NCBI GenBank assembly: GCA_964270895.1
Contig: OZ185436.1
Strand: one strand, 5' to 3'
DNA from: Podarcis filfolensis
Lineage: Eukaryota
DNA length: 64,000 nucleotides
A program made the translations under genes and the position numbers. Each line of letters begins with the position of its first letter. The stretch's first letter is position 1. Shown here in pieces: positions 1-12,937 of this stretch. The notes beneath the pieces were generated by a model. It had not been told where the DNA came from. It saw only the letters and a program-made list of their open reading frames with translations, and did no database searches.

Positions 1-2114
1 CTCAGCTTTCAATACACACCATGTCACTATTCTCTACTCTAGAGTTATTTGTGCCACCTGATAGTTTTGTTTTATTTTGTGCCATTTTAAAACTGTTTAG
101 TGTGGGGAAAGAAAAGTTGCATTCTGTCTTTTGGAACTTGGGTCAACCATAAAAATAAAAGAATGTGCACGGCAACAATTCCAAGTTGCATTTAGAAATA
201 TAAGCAATTTCATGGTTGCTCAGCAACGTTTTGTTGCAACTTTCTCCGTTGCTCATTCAATGAATACATACCAGGGTGGTGTTCATTATAAGCAGTGGGG
301 TGGACCCAGAGGTGCTCCCCCCGCCTCGCCAAAGAACAGAAGAGACTGCAGTCCAGTGAAGGTTCCCCACTGAAGACAGGGAGCCAATTATCATTGATTC
401 CTCCTTCCTCCTCCTTTTATTCACAGTCTAGGAAAAGTTGAGGGAGGGAGGCAGGAAGTCTAACCACTTTCATTTTTATTTCCTCCAAATCCAAAAACAT
501 TCTTTTGATAAATAAATAAATAAGTTCTTGAATGTGTCTTTAGTATGAAGAACACTTAAATCGTTTGAATGACTGAACACTGCCATAACCTTTTGACCTC
601 GTTTCTTTTTCTGATACTTTAAAGACAAAAACGGGTAACAGATCAGAGACATTCAGTTCTGAGAAGGTTATGTAAGGAGCACATCATGCATTAGACCTCT
701 TGAAGCATCGCAGCTCCTGTGCTGCTCTACATGGGAGCTGGGATGTGCCTGGTATCCCTTTACACACAATTGGGGGTTCCAGGTTGTATGGAATCCTTCA
801 TGCATGCAACTGTACCTGTGAAGGCACAGGCCAAAGAGGGAAGGGTAGTTGACACTCACCCACACCTGTTTAGAGTTATACAGGCCAGAAGAGGACTGCA
901 AAAGTGACTAAAGCCAGAAAAAAAACCAAATCATGTGCTCAGAGGTATTCAGATCTCTCATGATTACTAACCTGGTTAATTTTTTTGCTTTGTTTTTAAG
1001 ATGAACCTTTTTCATCCTACAGGGGCCACAGAGAGAGGATAAACAGAAAAGATATAGCAGCAAGGGATAGGTGTAGGATTCTAAGAGGCACAGGGAATGG
1101 TAGTCAAGAAAGACAAAGAGGAACTCTTACAAAACTCTGGGTTGATTCTTCAAGACATTCTTCCACAAGCCTCGGGATAGTATTGTTATTTATAAAACTT
1201 ATATACTGCTCTTCATCCAAAGATCACAGGGTGGTTTACAACACAAAACTCAAAATGCATGCCAAAAAAAATTAGGTTTGGGCTATGATCCTATAACGCA
1301 CCTTAGCTAGGAGTAAGTACTGCTCTACTTAGTGAGGTTAACTTCTGAAAAGACATTTATAAAAGACTGCACTATGTATAGAAATTTGCTCAGGGCTTTT
1401 TTGTCAGCCAGATCTTGCCAGAACTCAGTTCCTGCACCTCTCAGGTGGATGCCATTGCCGTTATAAGAGAACAAGGCTTATTATGGTGAGCTCTGGCACC
1501 CTTTTTTCTAAAAAAAAAAAAAGCACTGGAGTTGCTGTTTATGACATAAATACTCAAAGAATTACATTGTGCACGGTGTAAGCTATTTAATTTAATCACT
1601 TCTCCTAAGAGAAGTTCCAAGGAAATTGTTTATCCTACTCCCCCTCATCCCCTCAAAATGCATTAAAAATCTGCTGTGGGGGGAGGGAGATGAACCAATG
1701 CCCAAATTAGAATGAATTCCTAATTTGAGAGCCACAAGGTCAGAACAGAAAGCACATCTGGCATATGAGCAGTTTGAGAAGAATTTGCTTATATAAAGAA
1801 TAGCTGGATGAAAAACAACAAAATGTTATAGTCCGCAACAGAAACAGCCCAAGAGACCACTGACAAAGTGCAAGGAGTGGAGTGCCTTACACAGTAACCA
1901 GATGGGTAATAATGGGGCTATTGGACTTGAATGCCAGGCTTTGCTTTCTTTATCATCAACACGCAATGAGAAGCTCAACCGGGATTACAAATAATCTGTC
2001 CCAGAAAACTAGAACTCTGGTAATGGACTTTCTTGAGAGCTATTGGTTCTACCAAAGTGTGGAATAACCACAGAGCCGAAAAATCTAGAATGACCATCAA
2101 GGACATCAACTTAC

Positions 2115-2267
2115 CACACTGTTGGAAGATCCATTCACATTCATACTGGACCTCTGTGTTCTCAGTGCATCACCATAATCAGTGCCATTCACATTCATAT
2201 TGCATTTCCGTGTTTTCAGCAGGTCGCCATAATCAGCGGCATCAAAGTTTGTTTTCCACACCATTAC
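2115..2267 (-). CDS. POC1A: POC1A exon 9 (153 nt; VMVWKTNFDAADYGD...SSNSV), contains 54-nt tandem duplication
   Basis: ggctttacag acceptor, GTG|GTAAGT donor, phase 0/0; starts with the conserved VMVWKTNFD. Gene continues off the left edge. Confidence 0.93.
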
Positions 2268-2531
2268 CTGTAAAGCCATTTTGAAACAGCTTTCAAACAT
2301 ATGATTTGGGTAATAGCTTGTGTACAATTCACAGGATTAAGATTACATCTTCCCCAGAATGAAGCTTTTCCAAACTATGTTTAATTAATATTGCCTCCCC
2401 AGCAGAGTAGTTTCATTACAAGCTATTTCTTTTTTTAAAAAGCTTTTGAAAGACTGGCCCAGAGAGCACATGATGCTATTTTTTGAAGCTATGATTCCAT
2501 ATTGCCAGAGAGCACTGATGCAAAATAAAAC

Positions 2532-2574
<43 letters not shown>
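2532..2574. repeat. (AAT)n microsatellite (L2 tail)
   Basis: Direct reading. Confidence 0.95.
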
Positions 2575-2848
2575 TTATTATTTGTACCCCGCCCATCTGG
2601 CTAGGTCTCCCCAGCCACTCTGGGTGGCTTCCAACAAAGATTAAAAATACATTAAAACGTCACATATTAAAAACTTCCCTAAACAGGGCTGCCTTCAGAT
2701 GATCAAAAGCAACTTTGAGATTAGTAAATAAACTGGTTGCTTTTTAAAAAAGTTTTCAAAAGCATGCAGATTGTTTGGGGTTGTATCTAACAAGCCTTCA
2801 TTGGAAGAGCCACTTATTAATGCTTTCCTATTTTTATTTGTTTTAACA

Positions 2849-2852
<4 letters not shown>

Positions 2853-2888
<36 letters not shown>
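2853..2888. repeat. (GA)n microsatellite
   Basis: Direct reading. Confidence 0.95.
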
Positions 2889-2891
<3 letters not shown>

Positions 2892-3864
2892 CACTCAGTA
2901 CAAAAATGAGAAGTTAGGTCATTAGTAAGTTGCCTCTATATAATAAATAGGTAAGAAGCATAGATTAGATCCTTTGGGCAATGTCTGTGATTCCTTTTAG
3001 GACCTCTTGGCAAGGGCAGACTACAGGGGGAATACTGCTCAGCTGCAAAGACAGCTAACTAATGGCAGGTACTGGAATCCTTAGGCCCAGCACACCTTAG
3101 GGAATGTGTTCCCTCATACATATCTCCCTGTTCTTTTAAGATCAGCTGGAAGTGTCAGCTCCAAGTTCCATCACCCCAGAGATGCCAGACATATCACTAC
3201 CAGGAGGCCAGGGCTTCCTCTCTAGCAGTGCTGCAACTTCTAGAACAAGCTCATCAAAGAACTTCCTTAATTCTGACACCAATTTGCCATATTTCCACTC
3301 TTCCAGGCTTCTAAAAGGCTGCTTTTGATATCTTATCTTCTTGTTTGTTTCTAGTTGCAATACTCTTTTGTACTCTGCCTTGGGCATTTTTATGAAAAGG
3401 TAGCAATTTTTCTTTTCTAAATTGCATTCAACTGCTTTCAAATTAAACACAAGATTTCAATATTTTAAGGCAAGCTTGCAGACACAGAGAAGAAAGTAAA
3501 CAGAAGAACAGCATGGCCATATCTAAAGCTCTCTCTCTCTTTCCCCATTTAGGCCTAGAAACACCACCAAAATATTTGGTCTTCCAACTGGCCCTAAAAT
3601 CCCACCGTTGAGACACAACAGGGTTATATTTATCTAACTTATTGCAACTCATTTTCCTGGGCTCCATTTCAGCTGGTTTATCCCGTCTTCAACTACCAGT
3701 CATGACTCAACACTGCAACACATCCCACAATCTTGGACTCTGATGAAAAGGAATGAAAGGGCTCGGCAATATTAACATGCTGGTGGCCTTTTATACTCAA
3801 TCTCCAAACTCAGGTGAAAAACAGTTTGCTGAACAAAAATTTTCTAAAGAATCAGAGGAGACTC

Positions 3865-4166
3865 TTATCTGTGACGCCTGCCCTTGGCCCACTGCATTTT
3901 GTCTGTATATATATTATAAAATAAAATAAAATAGGTTTTTATTGTGAAATTGCAATTGTAATTTGTTGTAATCCACCTTGAGTGATGTGTATGAATTAGA
4001 AAAAGTAGGATAAAATTTTTTATCTCTGATGCCTGCCCTTGGCCCACTGCATATTGTTTGTGTATATATATTAAAATAAAATAAAATAAATAAAATAGAT
4101 ATTTATTGTGAAATTGCAATTGTAATTTGTTGTAATCCATCTTGAGTGATGTGTATGAATTAGAAA
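3865..4166. repeat. Tandem duplication, 155-bp period, 2 copies
   Basis: Units begin TTATCT(G/C)TGA(C/T)GCCTGCCCTTGGCCCACTGC at 3865 and 4020. Confidence 0.92.
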
Positions 4167-4208
4167 GGGGGGGGGGAGTTTTATAGAAAATAAACATGAA
4201 GCAGATAC

Positions 4209-4277
4209 CTGTTCATCGAAGCCTCCAGAAGCAAAGAAATCTCCAGCTCTCGAGAAAGTAACACAGGCAGCTGGTCC
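4209..4277 (-). CDS. POC1A: POC1A exon 8 (69 nt; GPAACVTFSRAGDFFASGGFDEQ)
   Basis: tttctcttacag acceptor, CAG|GTATCT donor, phase 0/0; WD40 repeat 7. Confidence 0.95.
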
Positions 4278-4369
4278 CTGTAAGAGAACAACTCATATAG
4301 TATGGATTGAACAGCCAGAAACTATATATTGAAACGGGCAGTGGGAGTGGACCTGCTTTTCTCTTCTAT

Positions 4370-4800
4370 TTTTTTTTTAAAGATATTTATTGAAGTTTTA
4401 CAAAAACATAAGTTTACAAAATGAAAAAAGGTCATATAAAAAGAAAAAGATACAAAAAAAAGAACATAGAAAAATACATGAAAAAGAAAAAAGCAGAATA
4501 AAAATACAAAATACAAAAGACTTTGAACTTTGTAACTTTGAACTCATTAGCTTATTTCCTTGGCTTCCTCACACCTCCCCTTTTTGTGTTCCCATTTAAA
4601 TAATCAAATCAGCAAATCCTTACCCTCTTTCGTTTATCTTAACTCTGTATCTTAACATATTATAACTCTATATTTTCATCCATTATCAATTCATTTTTGC
4701 ATATTCTTATTAACTTTGTTGCTAATGCCACTTATTTTCTCTTCTATCTATTGCAATATATTTGTTGCAATCCCCATGTATTTCAACCACAATTAAGCAT
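4370..4800 (-). mobile_element. L1 3' end fragment
   Basis: Poly(T) plus TTTATT on the + strand followed by decayed L1-type 3' sequence; ends approximate. Confidence 0.6.
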
Positions 4801-4934
4801 TAGTGTTGACTGAAAGCATACTTATATCCTGCTTTGCAGCCCCGAGAAGCTATAAAGCAAAGAGGTTCTTGCAGCAGCTTACAAAATATTCTCTGGAGTC
4901 AGGAACAGAAATAACATAGTGTCCCCATGATGCT

Positions 4935-5360
4935 AAGTTCAAGTTTTATTGCGGCAAAAGCCAGTAACACTAAACACCACAAGATCAAACAAAAAGAGAT
5001 CAACAACAACATCAGAAAGGGGGGGGGGGAAGATTACACAAGGGAACTTTGCAGTGTGCCATTCAACGGAAGAGATTTACGCTTCCTGATTGCTAAAGTG
5101 CAAAATTTGGCCACTTCATATGATATTGAGCTTGAGGAATCTTCCAGAAGGTATTTTCGTAGAATTTCGGGGGAGGATTCCAAATAATGTTGTAGGGGTA
5201 TAAATTTTGATAAAAGCGGCAAAATAAGTTGAACTCGTTCTTCACTATAAAATTCGCAAAATAGAAGGATGTGTGTGACAGATTCTACCTTATTAGACAT
5301 ACAGGGGCAGAGACGCGCATGCATTGGTACCCGCGTGAATTTGCCGTACAGCACTGCTTG
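4935..5360 (-). mobile_element. LINE 3' fragment (RTE-X-like, C-terminal zinc knuckle)
   Basis: ORF 5034-5354: LYGKFTRVPMHARLCPC...THILLFCEFY...EVAKFC; tail with CAATAAAA. Clade assignment from recall. Confidence 0.7.
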
Positions 5361-6463
5361 ATGCCAAGATTATTCAGGTGGCATTCCCCCTCCCACCTGC
5401 ATCCCACTGAGGTCCTCTGAGGCTGCAAGGGGTGAGGCTGAGCAGCTAGATCACACGCAACCCATGATGGCAGCATGTTTTCCCTTGCTGGCAGGCAACA
5501 ACTCCCACTGACGTCCTCGGAGGCAAGGGAGTGGAGCTGAGAATGTACAGCTATGACACGCTAAATAACCTTACCCAGTGATAGTATCTTGAACCTTCAA
5601 TTATATTTGCACAGAACCACCCACAGCCAAGCAGAGCAAGGGAAGATACAAAATTTAGAAGTGCCTACTCCCTTTTTTAAAAAAGATCTCCAAAACTGTA
5701 CAATAGGTTCCAAACCGCTAAAATACTAGATTTAACCTAAAAAAGAATTGCTGGCTGATTAAATTATGTGAACAAAGTCATGCCATGCAAACTTTTGAGA
5801 AGTAGCTAGAATACAACTTGGTTACAATAATGTCATATGCTCAACCAGCGTAGTCATTCAATCCCAATATTCCACGGTTAGTGCTTCTCCCAAGATATTG
5901 CCATAAATTCCCCTGAGTAAAAACTGAATCTACCCACAGATTTGTTCTGCACTCTTCTAGCCACTTACCTGGGACTAAGCTCCACTGAACTCAATGGGAC
6001 TTATTTCTGAACTCAATGGGACTTATAACACACATGCACAGGGCCATCTGTGCATCCGCAGGTGACAAATCATGGCCACTGAATGTAAACAAGAGACTAA
6101 CCATTTGTTTAGGACAGTTTTGTCACTGGTATGATTAATCTAGAAATAAGTGTGTGGGAAATATAATTCCAAACATTTATGTCCAGTATCTGCCAGATCT
6201 CATTTTGAAGGAGACGTGAAATGTGCATTACTGAACTTTACTATCAGATGATTCCTACCTCAACAGATTATAATCTATGTAAATTTTTCACACAAGGGAG
6301 ATACTGTACTTGCAATTGTACATTATCTTCAACATTATGCTTAGGGACCTTTTTATAATAATGAGCAATGCAAATTCCCACAACTATCTTCCTTGATGTG
6401 ATTAAATTAAAACAAAGCAACCACAGTGGGTATACGGATTCTACTGCAAAACTAATCTTAAAA

Positions 6464-6738
6464 CCCTATCTGCGCTATACATCTAAAGCACTATGATACC
6501 ACTTTAATCAACCATGGCTTCCCCTAAATAAACTTGCAAAGTGTAGTTTGTTAAGGATGCTGAAGGTTGTTATTTGTTATTCCCCTCACAGAGCTACAAT
6601 TTCCATTCTGGGAACTGTAGCTCTATGAAAAAAATAGGGATCTCCTAACAACTTTCATCATCCTTCATTCCCAGGATTCTTTGGTGGAAACCATTTAAAG
6701 TGGTTTAAGACTGCTTTTAACATATAGTGCAGATGGGA
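6464..6738. mobile_element. Fold-back MITE
   Basis: Inverted arms ATCTGCGCTATA / TATAGTGCAGAT and internal GAGCTACAATTTCC / GGAACTGTAGCTC. Confidence 0.6.
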
Positions 6739-7097
6739 CCTTAATGTGAGAAACCATAAAAAACAGTAGCATTATAGAAGCATTTTAATATTAGTCCAGA
6801 TTTAATATAGACACATCCACTGGGGCTTGTTCCAGATAAAACTACTCAATAAATATGCTTAGATTTGCTTCTACTTGCATTATACAGTACTCCTATGTTG
6901 TACCCACACTTATTCAGTCTTGTTAATTCTTTGAAACAGACTCTCATTTGTGGTCCATACGTTACATTCTATGGCTCCCCGTTAAAAAAAACTTGTTTAT
7001 CTCAAGATTATTATAGCTTTATCTGTATCAAGCCTGGTTTATCTATCCAATTACATGTCCTGAGAATGGGTCTAACCTGCTATCCCAATAATTGTTC

Positions 7098-7235
7098 CAG
7101 CCTTCCCCAAGCTGGTGCCCCCCAGATGTTCTTGGACTACAATTCCAATTGTCTTTGGCCATCAGCCATGCTGGGTGGGGCTAATGGAAGTTGGAGTCCA
7201 GCAACATTTGCAGGGCACCAGCTTGGGGAAGGATG
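7098..7235. mobile_element. hAT-type MITE; related copy at 11144-11280
   Basis: TIR CAGCCTTCCCCAAGCTGGTGCCC / GGGCACCAGCTTGGGGAAGGATG; TSD AATTGTTC / AATTATTC. Confidence 0.8.
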
Positions 7236-8376
7236 AATTATTCTATCATGTAGGACAAATTAGACAGCAAGTACAGCTTTATCGAAAAACAAACAAAAAT
7301 CCCACAACCCTCCAATTGACACACAAAGAGAGAGAGAAAGAGAGAGAGAAGGAGAGAGACGCTGTACTTCTGCACAGGTTTAATGACCACCCAAGAATTG
7401 CATAGTTCTGAAACATTCTGTTTCTGTACAAGTAAAATGTCAGCAGTGGGCTGTATTCATTCCAAGTCCTGTTTGTACTTCAAGAAGAATGTATTCCATA
7501 AACTGAAAGCCTTAAGACGCAATCACAGCAAACCAAATTTTGCAGCTGCAAATATCAGCAGCGAGTTAAAACACCATTTCCCCAATGATCCTTCTGGTAT
7601 GAAGAGTAAGCACCATTATAATTGAAGACAGCAATGTAAACTTGGCAGCCTTCTCTATGTAAACTAGTACTAATCAGCTAGTAATGAATTCCTGGTAAAC
7701 CAATAGTTGCGTCAAAGCGCTTCTAAGGAATCCGAGGCTTCTCTCATGAGTAATTGTCCCAGAGCACCAGTCCAGTGTCAGAACAAGAACCAAATCTGAA
7801 CCAGGCACTAACACGCAAATTACAAGAATTTAACAAGCTGTTCATCCAAGTAACGAATATTCCCTGTAGACTAGTCACTTGACTTACTGTCATTTCTATC
7901 AAAAGCCATTTAAAGCCTAATTATTAGTCCTATAAGATTCAGAACATCTATGCTATTAGGTCCCACAGAACTCCATCTCATCTCCCACGCTTGTTAGCAC
8001 CTACATGAAACTGATGAGCAAGGTCACCCAGAGATTTTACACTCCCTGCTCTATTTCTGTTTTACATTGGATCCAGGTGAGGCAGCAAGGCAAATGAAGA
8101 AAGGTATGGCAATGAGAGCAATGGCTTTTCTGTCCTGCCAAGCAAGCATTGGTTGAAACGTACTCCATGAAATGGAGTTTCAGACTCTTTGGAAGCCAAA
8201 GAGAAGGAGAAAGGAGAAGACAAAGAAATACGGAGAAGAATTCTCAGTGAACCACTCAAAGCAAAGGCAGGAACATAAGAGAGGAGACCCAAAAAGACTT
8301 TTGAGACAACTGCACTCCTGCCTTTGAGAGGAGAGGGGAGGCAAATCTACTTGAGTCCATTATAATATCACAGGAG

Positions 8377-10069
8377 GGACTTCCGGGTTGGCGCCATCGC
8401 CGAATGGCGGACTCCCTCCGAGCTCCGGAGGGAGCCGGCTCGGCAGGGGCTGGGTTTTACCGCACCGGCGATGCGGGGACCCTTAGAAACCACGGCCACG
8501 GGGGCCGTGGACTTGGAGACTCGGCTAGCACCGCTAGCGCCCTCCCGACTCGTGAAGGAGCCTTTTTAAAGGCTACGGATCGGGTGCCGGGGAGAAGCGT
8601 GGTGCTTTGAGTCCTCTGCCATCCCTGCCGAGCGAAGCCGCATGCCATCCGGCGGAGAGCGCTGACTTCTTCCATTGAGAATTTGGACTTTTAACAACAA
8701 CCCGTGAGTAAATTGGAAATCGGGTTTAAAAGAAGAAAAATTTTTTGGATTTGAGACGAGCGGGGGGGGATCTAAAAAGGAAGTCAGTCCCCCTCCCTAT
8801 TGTAGACATTTTAAAACAAGGATTGGGAAGCCAAGGCCCAAAAAGAACGGTATCTTTGCTAAAATCAAGAATTCCATGATGGGAAAGTACAAGAATTGTG
8901 CTGGAGGAAGAATTGAAGGAGAAGGAAAATGCACCCCCCTCCCTGGGAACCGGGGCGATTGAGGAGTGAGCCTGGTGAAAAGAGCCGGTGATTTTGACAG
9001 CTGTCAAAGTAGCTGTCAAAGTCGGAATTTTAAAGAGGATTTTATTACAAGGACCTTGCTGGTCAAATTTGTTACAACTTGATATAATTTGTTAAGACTT
9101 GAATACAAAATGGCGAAAATACGGAGAACAATCGGATTTTTGGAAACAAAGTTACAACAACCCCCCTAGAGGAGCTTCGGGACATTACAAAGATGGGCGT
9201 AAGCCGGGAAAAATACAACACTTCGGAATTTCACAGAACTGGTTATCTCCTGGGAAAGCTGCAAAACTGAAACTGAATCTCGTCTACAGGGTGTTTAGAC
9301 TAAAAGGAGACAACAGAATACTTTACTGAAGAAGGAAGGGACTGAACGCAAGTTTTTGTTCCTGAATAACAACAACCCATGTAGAGTTACTAAACTTCTG
9401 AATAAGAAAGTTTTAGCAGCGGAACAAGAGGAAGCTGGACTATAACCTTGAAAGAACAATGGGGGGAATTTTATAATTTGACATTTTTAAAGATTTAGGA
9501 ATTAATTTTTAAAAAGTAATCCTAAAAATGGGAAATAATTCTGCAAGGAGTTGGGGGAAAAATGGGATTGATGGACTTAAGACTTCCAGGCTGGAAACAT
9601 AGATTGGAGGATAAGGGAAATTAAACCGGGGAAGGGGAGGGAGAATTAGAATCCAAAGGCTTGCAACTATTTTCTGAATTGGTTTTCTTTTTTCTAATAT
9701 ATTTCTTATTTTTTTATACTTTTATTCTGTGTGCTTTTACTTTAATGGGAAAAAAGGGGGACATTGTGGAAAGAAAAGGGGGTGGGCTATGGGGAGAGAT
9801 CTTTTGCTTTTTTTTTATCAAGGGTGTTGCATAAGGTTTGTATAAATTTAAATTTGAACAATGGGGTATATAAATTGTGCTTTAAATCAGAAACAGAACT
9901 TGTGGAAACAACAATATGAAAGGGGAATACGGTAGGGGTGGGGGAAGGGGGGAGTCCCAGAAAGTGGATGTTTGAAAATAAGGTTCTGAATGTATCTTCA
10001 TAATTTCTTTTCTTCTCTTTCTGTATTTTGGAAACTTCAATAAATATTATTTAAAAAAAAAAAAAAAAA
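8377..10069 (+). mobile_element. Non-autonomous L1-like retroelement, young, 1693 bp
   Basis: Perfect 16-bp TSD TATAATATCACAGGAG (8361-76, 10070-85); CpG-rich 5' end GGACTTCCGGGTTGGCGCC; AATAAA 10039-44 and A17 tail; no long ORF. Confidence 0.88.
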
Positions 10070-10170
10070 TATAATATCACAGGAGAAGGTGTAGTGTACA
10101 CAAACATGTGTGTGGAGCTTTGAAAGGTCTACAGTAATAAACGACTCATGTCTAAAGAAGTTCTCCTCAC

Positions 10171-10304
10171 CTGATGGCCATGAAGTGTATATAGCAGTCT
10201 CCCCTCTAGTAAATCCAGTATTTTTAGAGTTGAATCGTTGGAAGCAGTAATGAGGTAGTTTCCAGAGGAGTGAAAAGACAGGCAGTTCACTGAAGCACTG
10301 TGAA
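10171..10304 (-). CDS. POC1A: POC1A exon 7 (134 nt; [44 protein letters not shown])
   Basis: tttcttag acceptor, CAG|GTGAGG donor. Confidence 0.97.
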
Positions 10305-11434
10305 CTAAGAAAGAAAGACAGCGCAAGTTACCAATACAGTTTGACATTAAAAAATACAAACTGAAATAGAAAGGTGGATAAGGTCCATACATCAATACAA
10401 AAAATGGCTGAAAGGCATTTTTCACCCTGCTTATGATTTTCATCCTATATCAATGTAAGTTTTCAAGGACCCTCAGAAAAATCTAGTCCTATGAAAACTG
10501 GCACTGCCTCAGAAGCTCAATGTCTGCCATAACTGCAAGTTAAAACACATACACACTTCTTTTCCTCCAAATTTTAGTTTTTAAGAGAATAAACACATTA
10601 GTCCCAGTTGTAGCAATAAGCAACTCTACAAAGATTTCTGACCACTACACCCCTCTTGAGCCCCTCTGGTTAGCTGCACTGATGTCAGATAGGGCGTGGG
10701 AAGCCATGAGAGGGCAACTAAGTAGTAAGGGAGAGTTGTGGAGACAGACATCAGACCTTGAAATCCAAAGTTCATCAGCATCATCTATTAAATTAAACAG
10801 TATGTATGGCCCAGATACCATAAGCAAAGTGTAATTCAGAAGACCATGGTATTTTGAAATATCTTTGGATTAAAAGCAACCTAAACCAGCTTCTGTATAT
10901 TTGAAAAAGAAGAGAGAAACTGGAGTCTTCAATCCAATTTGTTTACGCAAAGGAATTCCCTACAGCTGCAGTAACATTTTATTATGAATATTAAGCTTCA
11001 TACACAAAATACCTTATTGAAACAAAAATGTCATTCCTGAAGTTTAACTAAAAACTAGCACTCTCTCTGTATAATGGTGTGATCACATTTTATTTAATTT
11101 CTTTAACTTTGGTACGTTTTAGAAAAATTATCTTCTTTTAAACCAGGTGTGGGGAAGCTTTGGTCCTCCAGATGTCGCTGAACTACAACTTGCATCAGCC
11201 TGAGCAAACATGGTCAATGGCTAAGGATGATGGGAATTGTAGTACAGCAACAGCTGGAGTGTCAAGCTTCCCCATGCCTGTCCTAAGCCAATGGCTCTAA
11301 TTCAAAATTCTGCATGCAGCTCTTTCTGATGCTTGGAAGCTATGATGGCAAAACTACCTTTTTTGTTTAATTATCCACTTCAAGAATCAAGCTACAAGTT
11401 TAGCAATGAAGACTTCTGACAGCGCACTGCTTAC

Positions 11435-11550
11435 CTTGGTAATGCTGCAGAAGCCTATTCATCCTAACATCCCATACTTTCACTGTGTTGTCTGTGCCAG
11501 CTGCAGCAATACATGTACCACTAGGGTGAAAGTCCACGTGAGGCACAAAG
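11435..11550 (-). CDS. POC1A: POC1A exon 6 (116 nt; [38 protein letters not shown])
   Basis: cttctttttgcag acceptor, GTAAGC donor; WD40 repeat. Confidence 0.97.
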
Positions 11551-12694
11551 CTGCAAAAAGAAGGGAAGACAAGATCAAATCTCTCTTCTATTTTGGAGGA
11601 AGAAAAAACATTTTCATCTAAGCGAGTAGCAAAAAATACTAGCTCCTCAAAAGTTGTTCTTACAAAACATTGTGCAACTTCATAGTAGGTTTCCCCAAAA
11701 GTGTGTAAGATGGATATTAAATGTTTTTATCAGCCAGTTTTTGCTTTCCCACATGGTAAAGTCACCATGAGACTTTGCTCAGCCCATTGTATTGACTATT
11801 TCACTGCAACATTGGCTCTCTGTGCAGCAAAGAAAGCCACAGAATGGTGAACTGCACTGTCTTTCCCATGGTTTGGGGATTAGAGAAACTTCCATTAGGA
11901 CACATCTCTTTGGATGTGATTATGAGGAGCCCAACAGAACACTGCTCACTCCAGAGAGGTCTTGTCCTCTCTGCACAAAACTACTGAAAGCTGTAACATA
12001 CAATCTCACAGGTAACACAATATTCTCTTGATTTAGAGCCTTTAATGATGTTATATAACATTAATAAAAAAAATTAGCCTAACATGTTGAAATCAGTGGA
12101 TTATGAAATTACCGATTCCTGCTAAAATACTGAGGACTTAAAAAATGGAACGACATTCAGTCTCCTATAGTCTCCTGAAACATCTGAGCTGTCAGACATG
12201 GAAAAATGAACAGGAGTAATTCAAAGCTGAGAACTGCTGAGACCATTAATGGTGCAACTATTTTGACTATTAATGTCAACAAATGAATTTGATAGCTTAT
12301 TGAAATTTGCATCTTTACGTTACGTTAGATAGAACTTTGTTTTTGTAACTGGGTTTGTTTTGTTGTCGAATTTTTAAAACAGACATTAAAAAAAAAAGCA
12401 ACATCACCCCGAAGATTACATATTCCTTTCTCCAATTAAGGTCCAGATGCAAGTGACTGCTGAGCCCTTGGCTGACAATCAATATTTATTATATTTTGCC
12501 CAGTCTTCCACTGGGGGTCTCAAGGTTACACTTCTCCCCTCTTATCCTGCTTTACCTTAACCAACAACCCTGTGAGATGAAATAGGCTGGCTGAAAGACA
12601 GTGAAAGGCCCATGGTCACCCAAATAACTTCAGGGCTGAGAAGGAATCACAAAGAACCTTGCATTGCCACAGCAGAGCCTAAAAAAGAGAAGTA

Positions 12695-12937
12695 CAGCCG
12701 TACCTTGGAAGTCAAACGGAATCCGTTCCGGAAGTCCATTCGACTTCCAAAACATTTGGAAACCAAAGCACAGCTTCTAATTGGCTGCAGGAAGTTCCTG
12801 CAGCCAATCAGAAGCCACAGAAGCCCTGTCAGACATTCAGGTGACATTCGCAAACCGGAACACTCACTTCCGGGCTTGCAGCATCCGGGAGCCAAAACGT
12901 CCGAGTACCAAGGCATCCAGGATCTAAGGTACAACTG
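12695..12937. mobile_element. Tc1/mariner (Tigger-like) MITE
   Basis: TA-CAGCCGTACCTT...AAGGTACAACTG-TA; same family as 16449 copy. Confidence 0.85.

Noticed and set aside
1-2114. POC1A exon 10 (EHIVGQLDVLTQ coiled-coil)
   Set aside because: Not found on the - strand in this interval; presumably beyond the window edge.
3865-4599. AT-rich 64-110-aa ORFs near exon 8
   Set aside because: Translations of the tandem repeat and the L1 A-rich tail.
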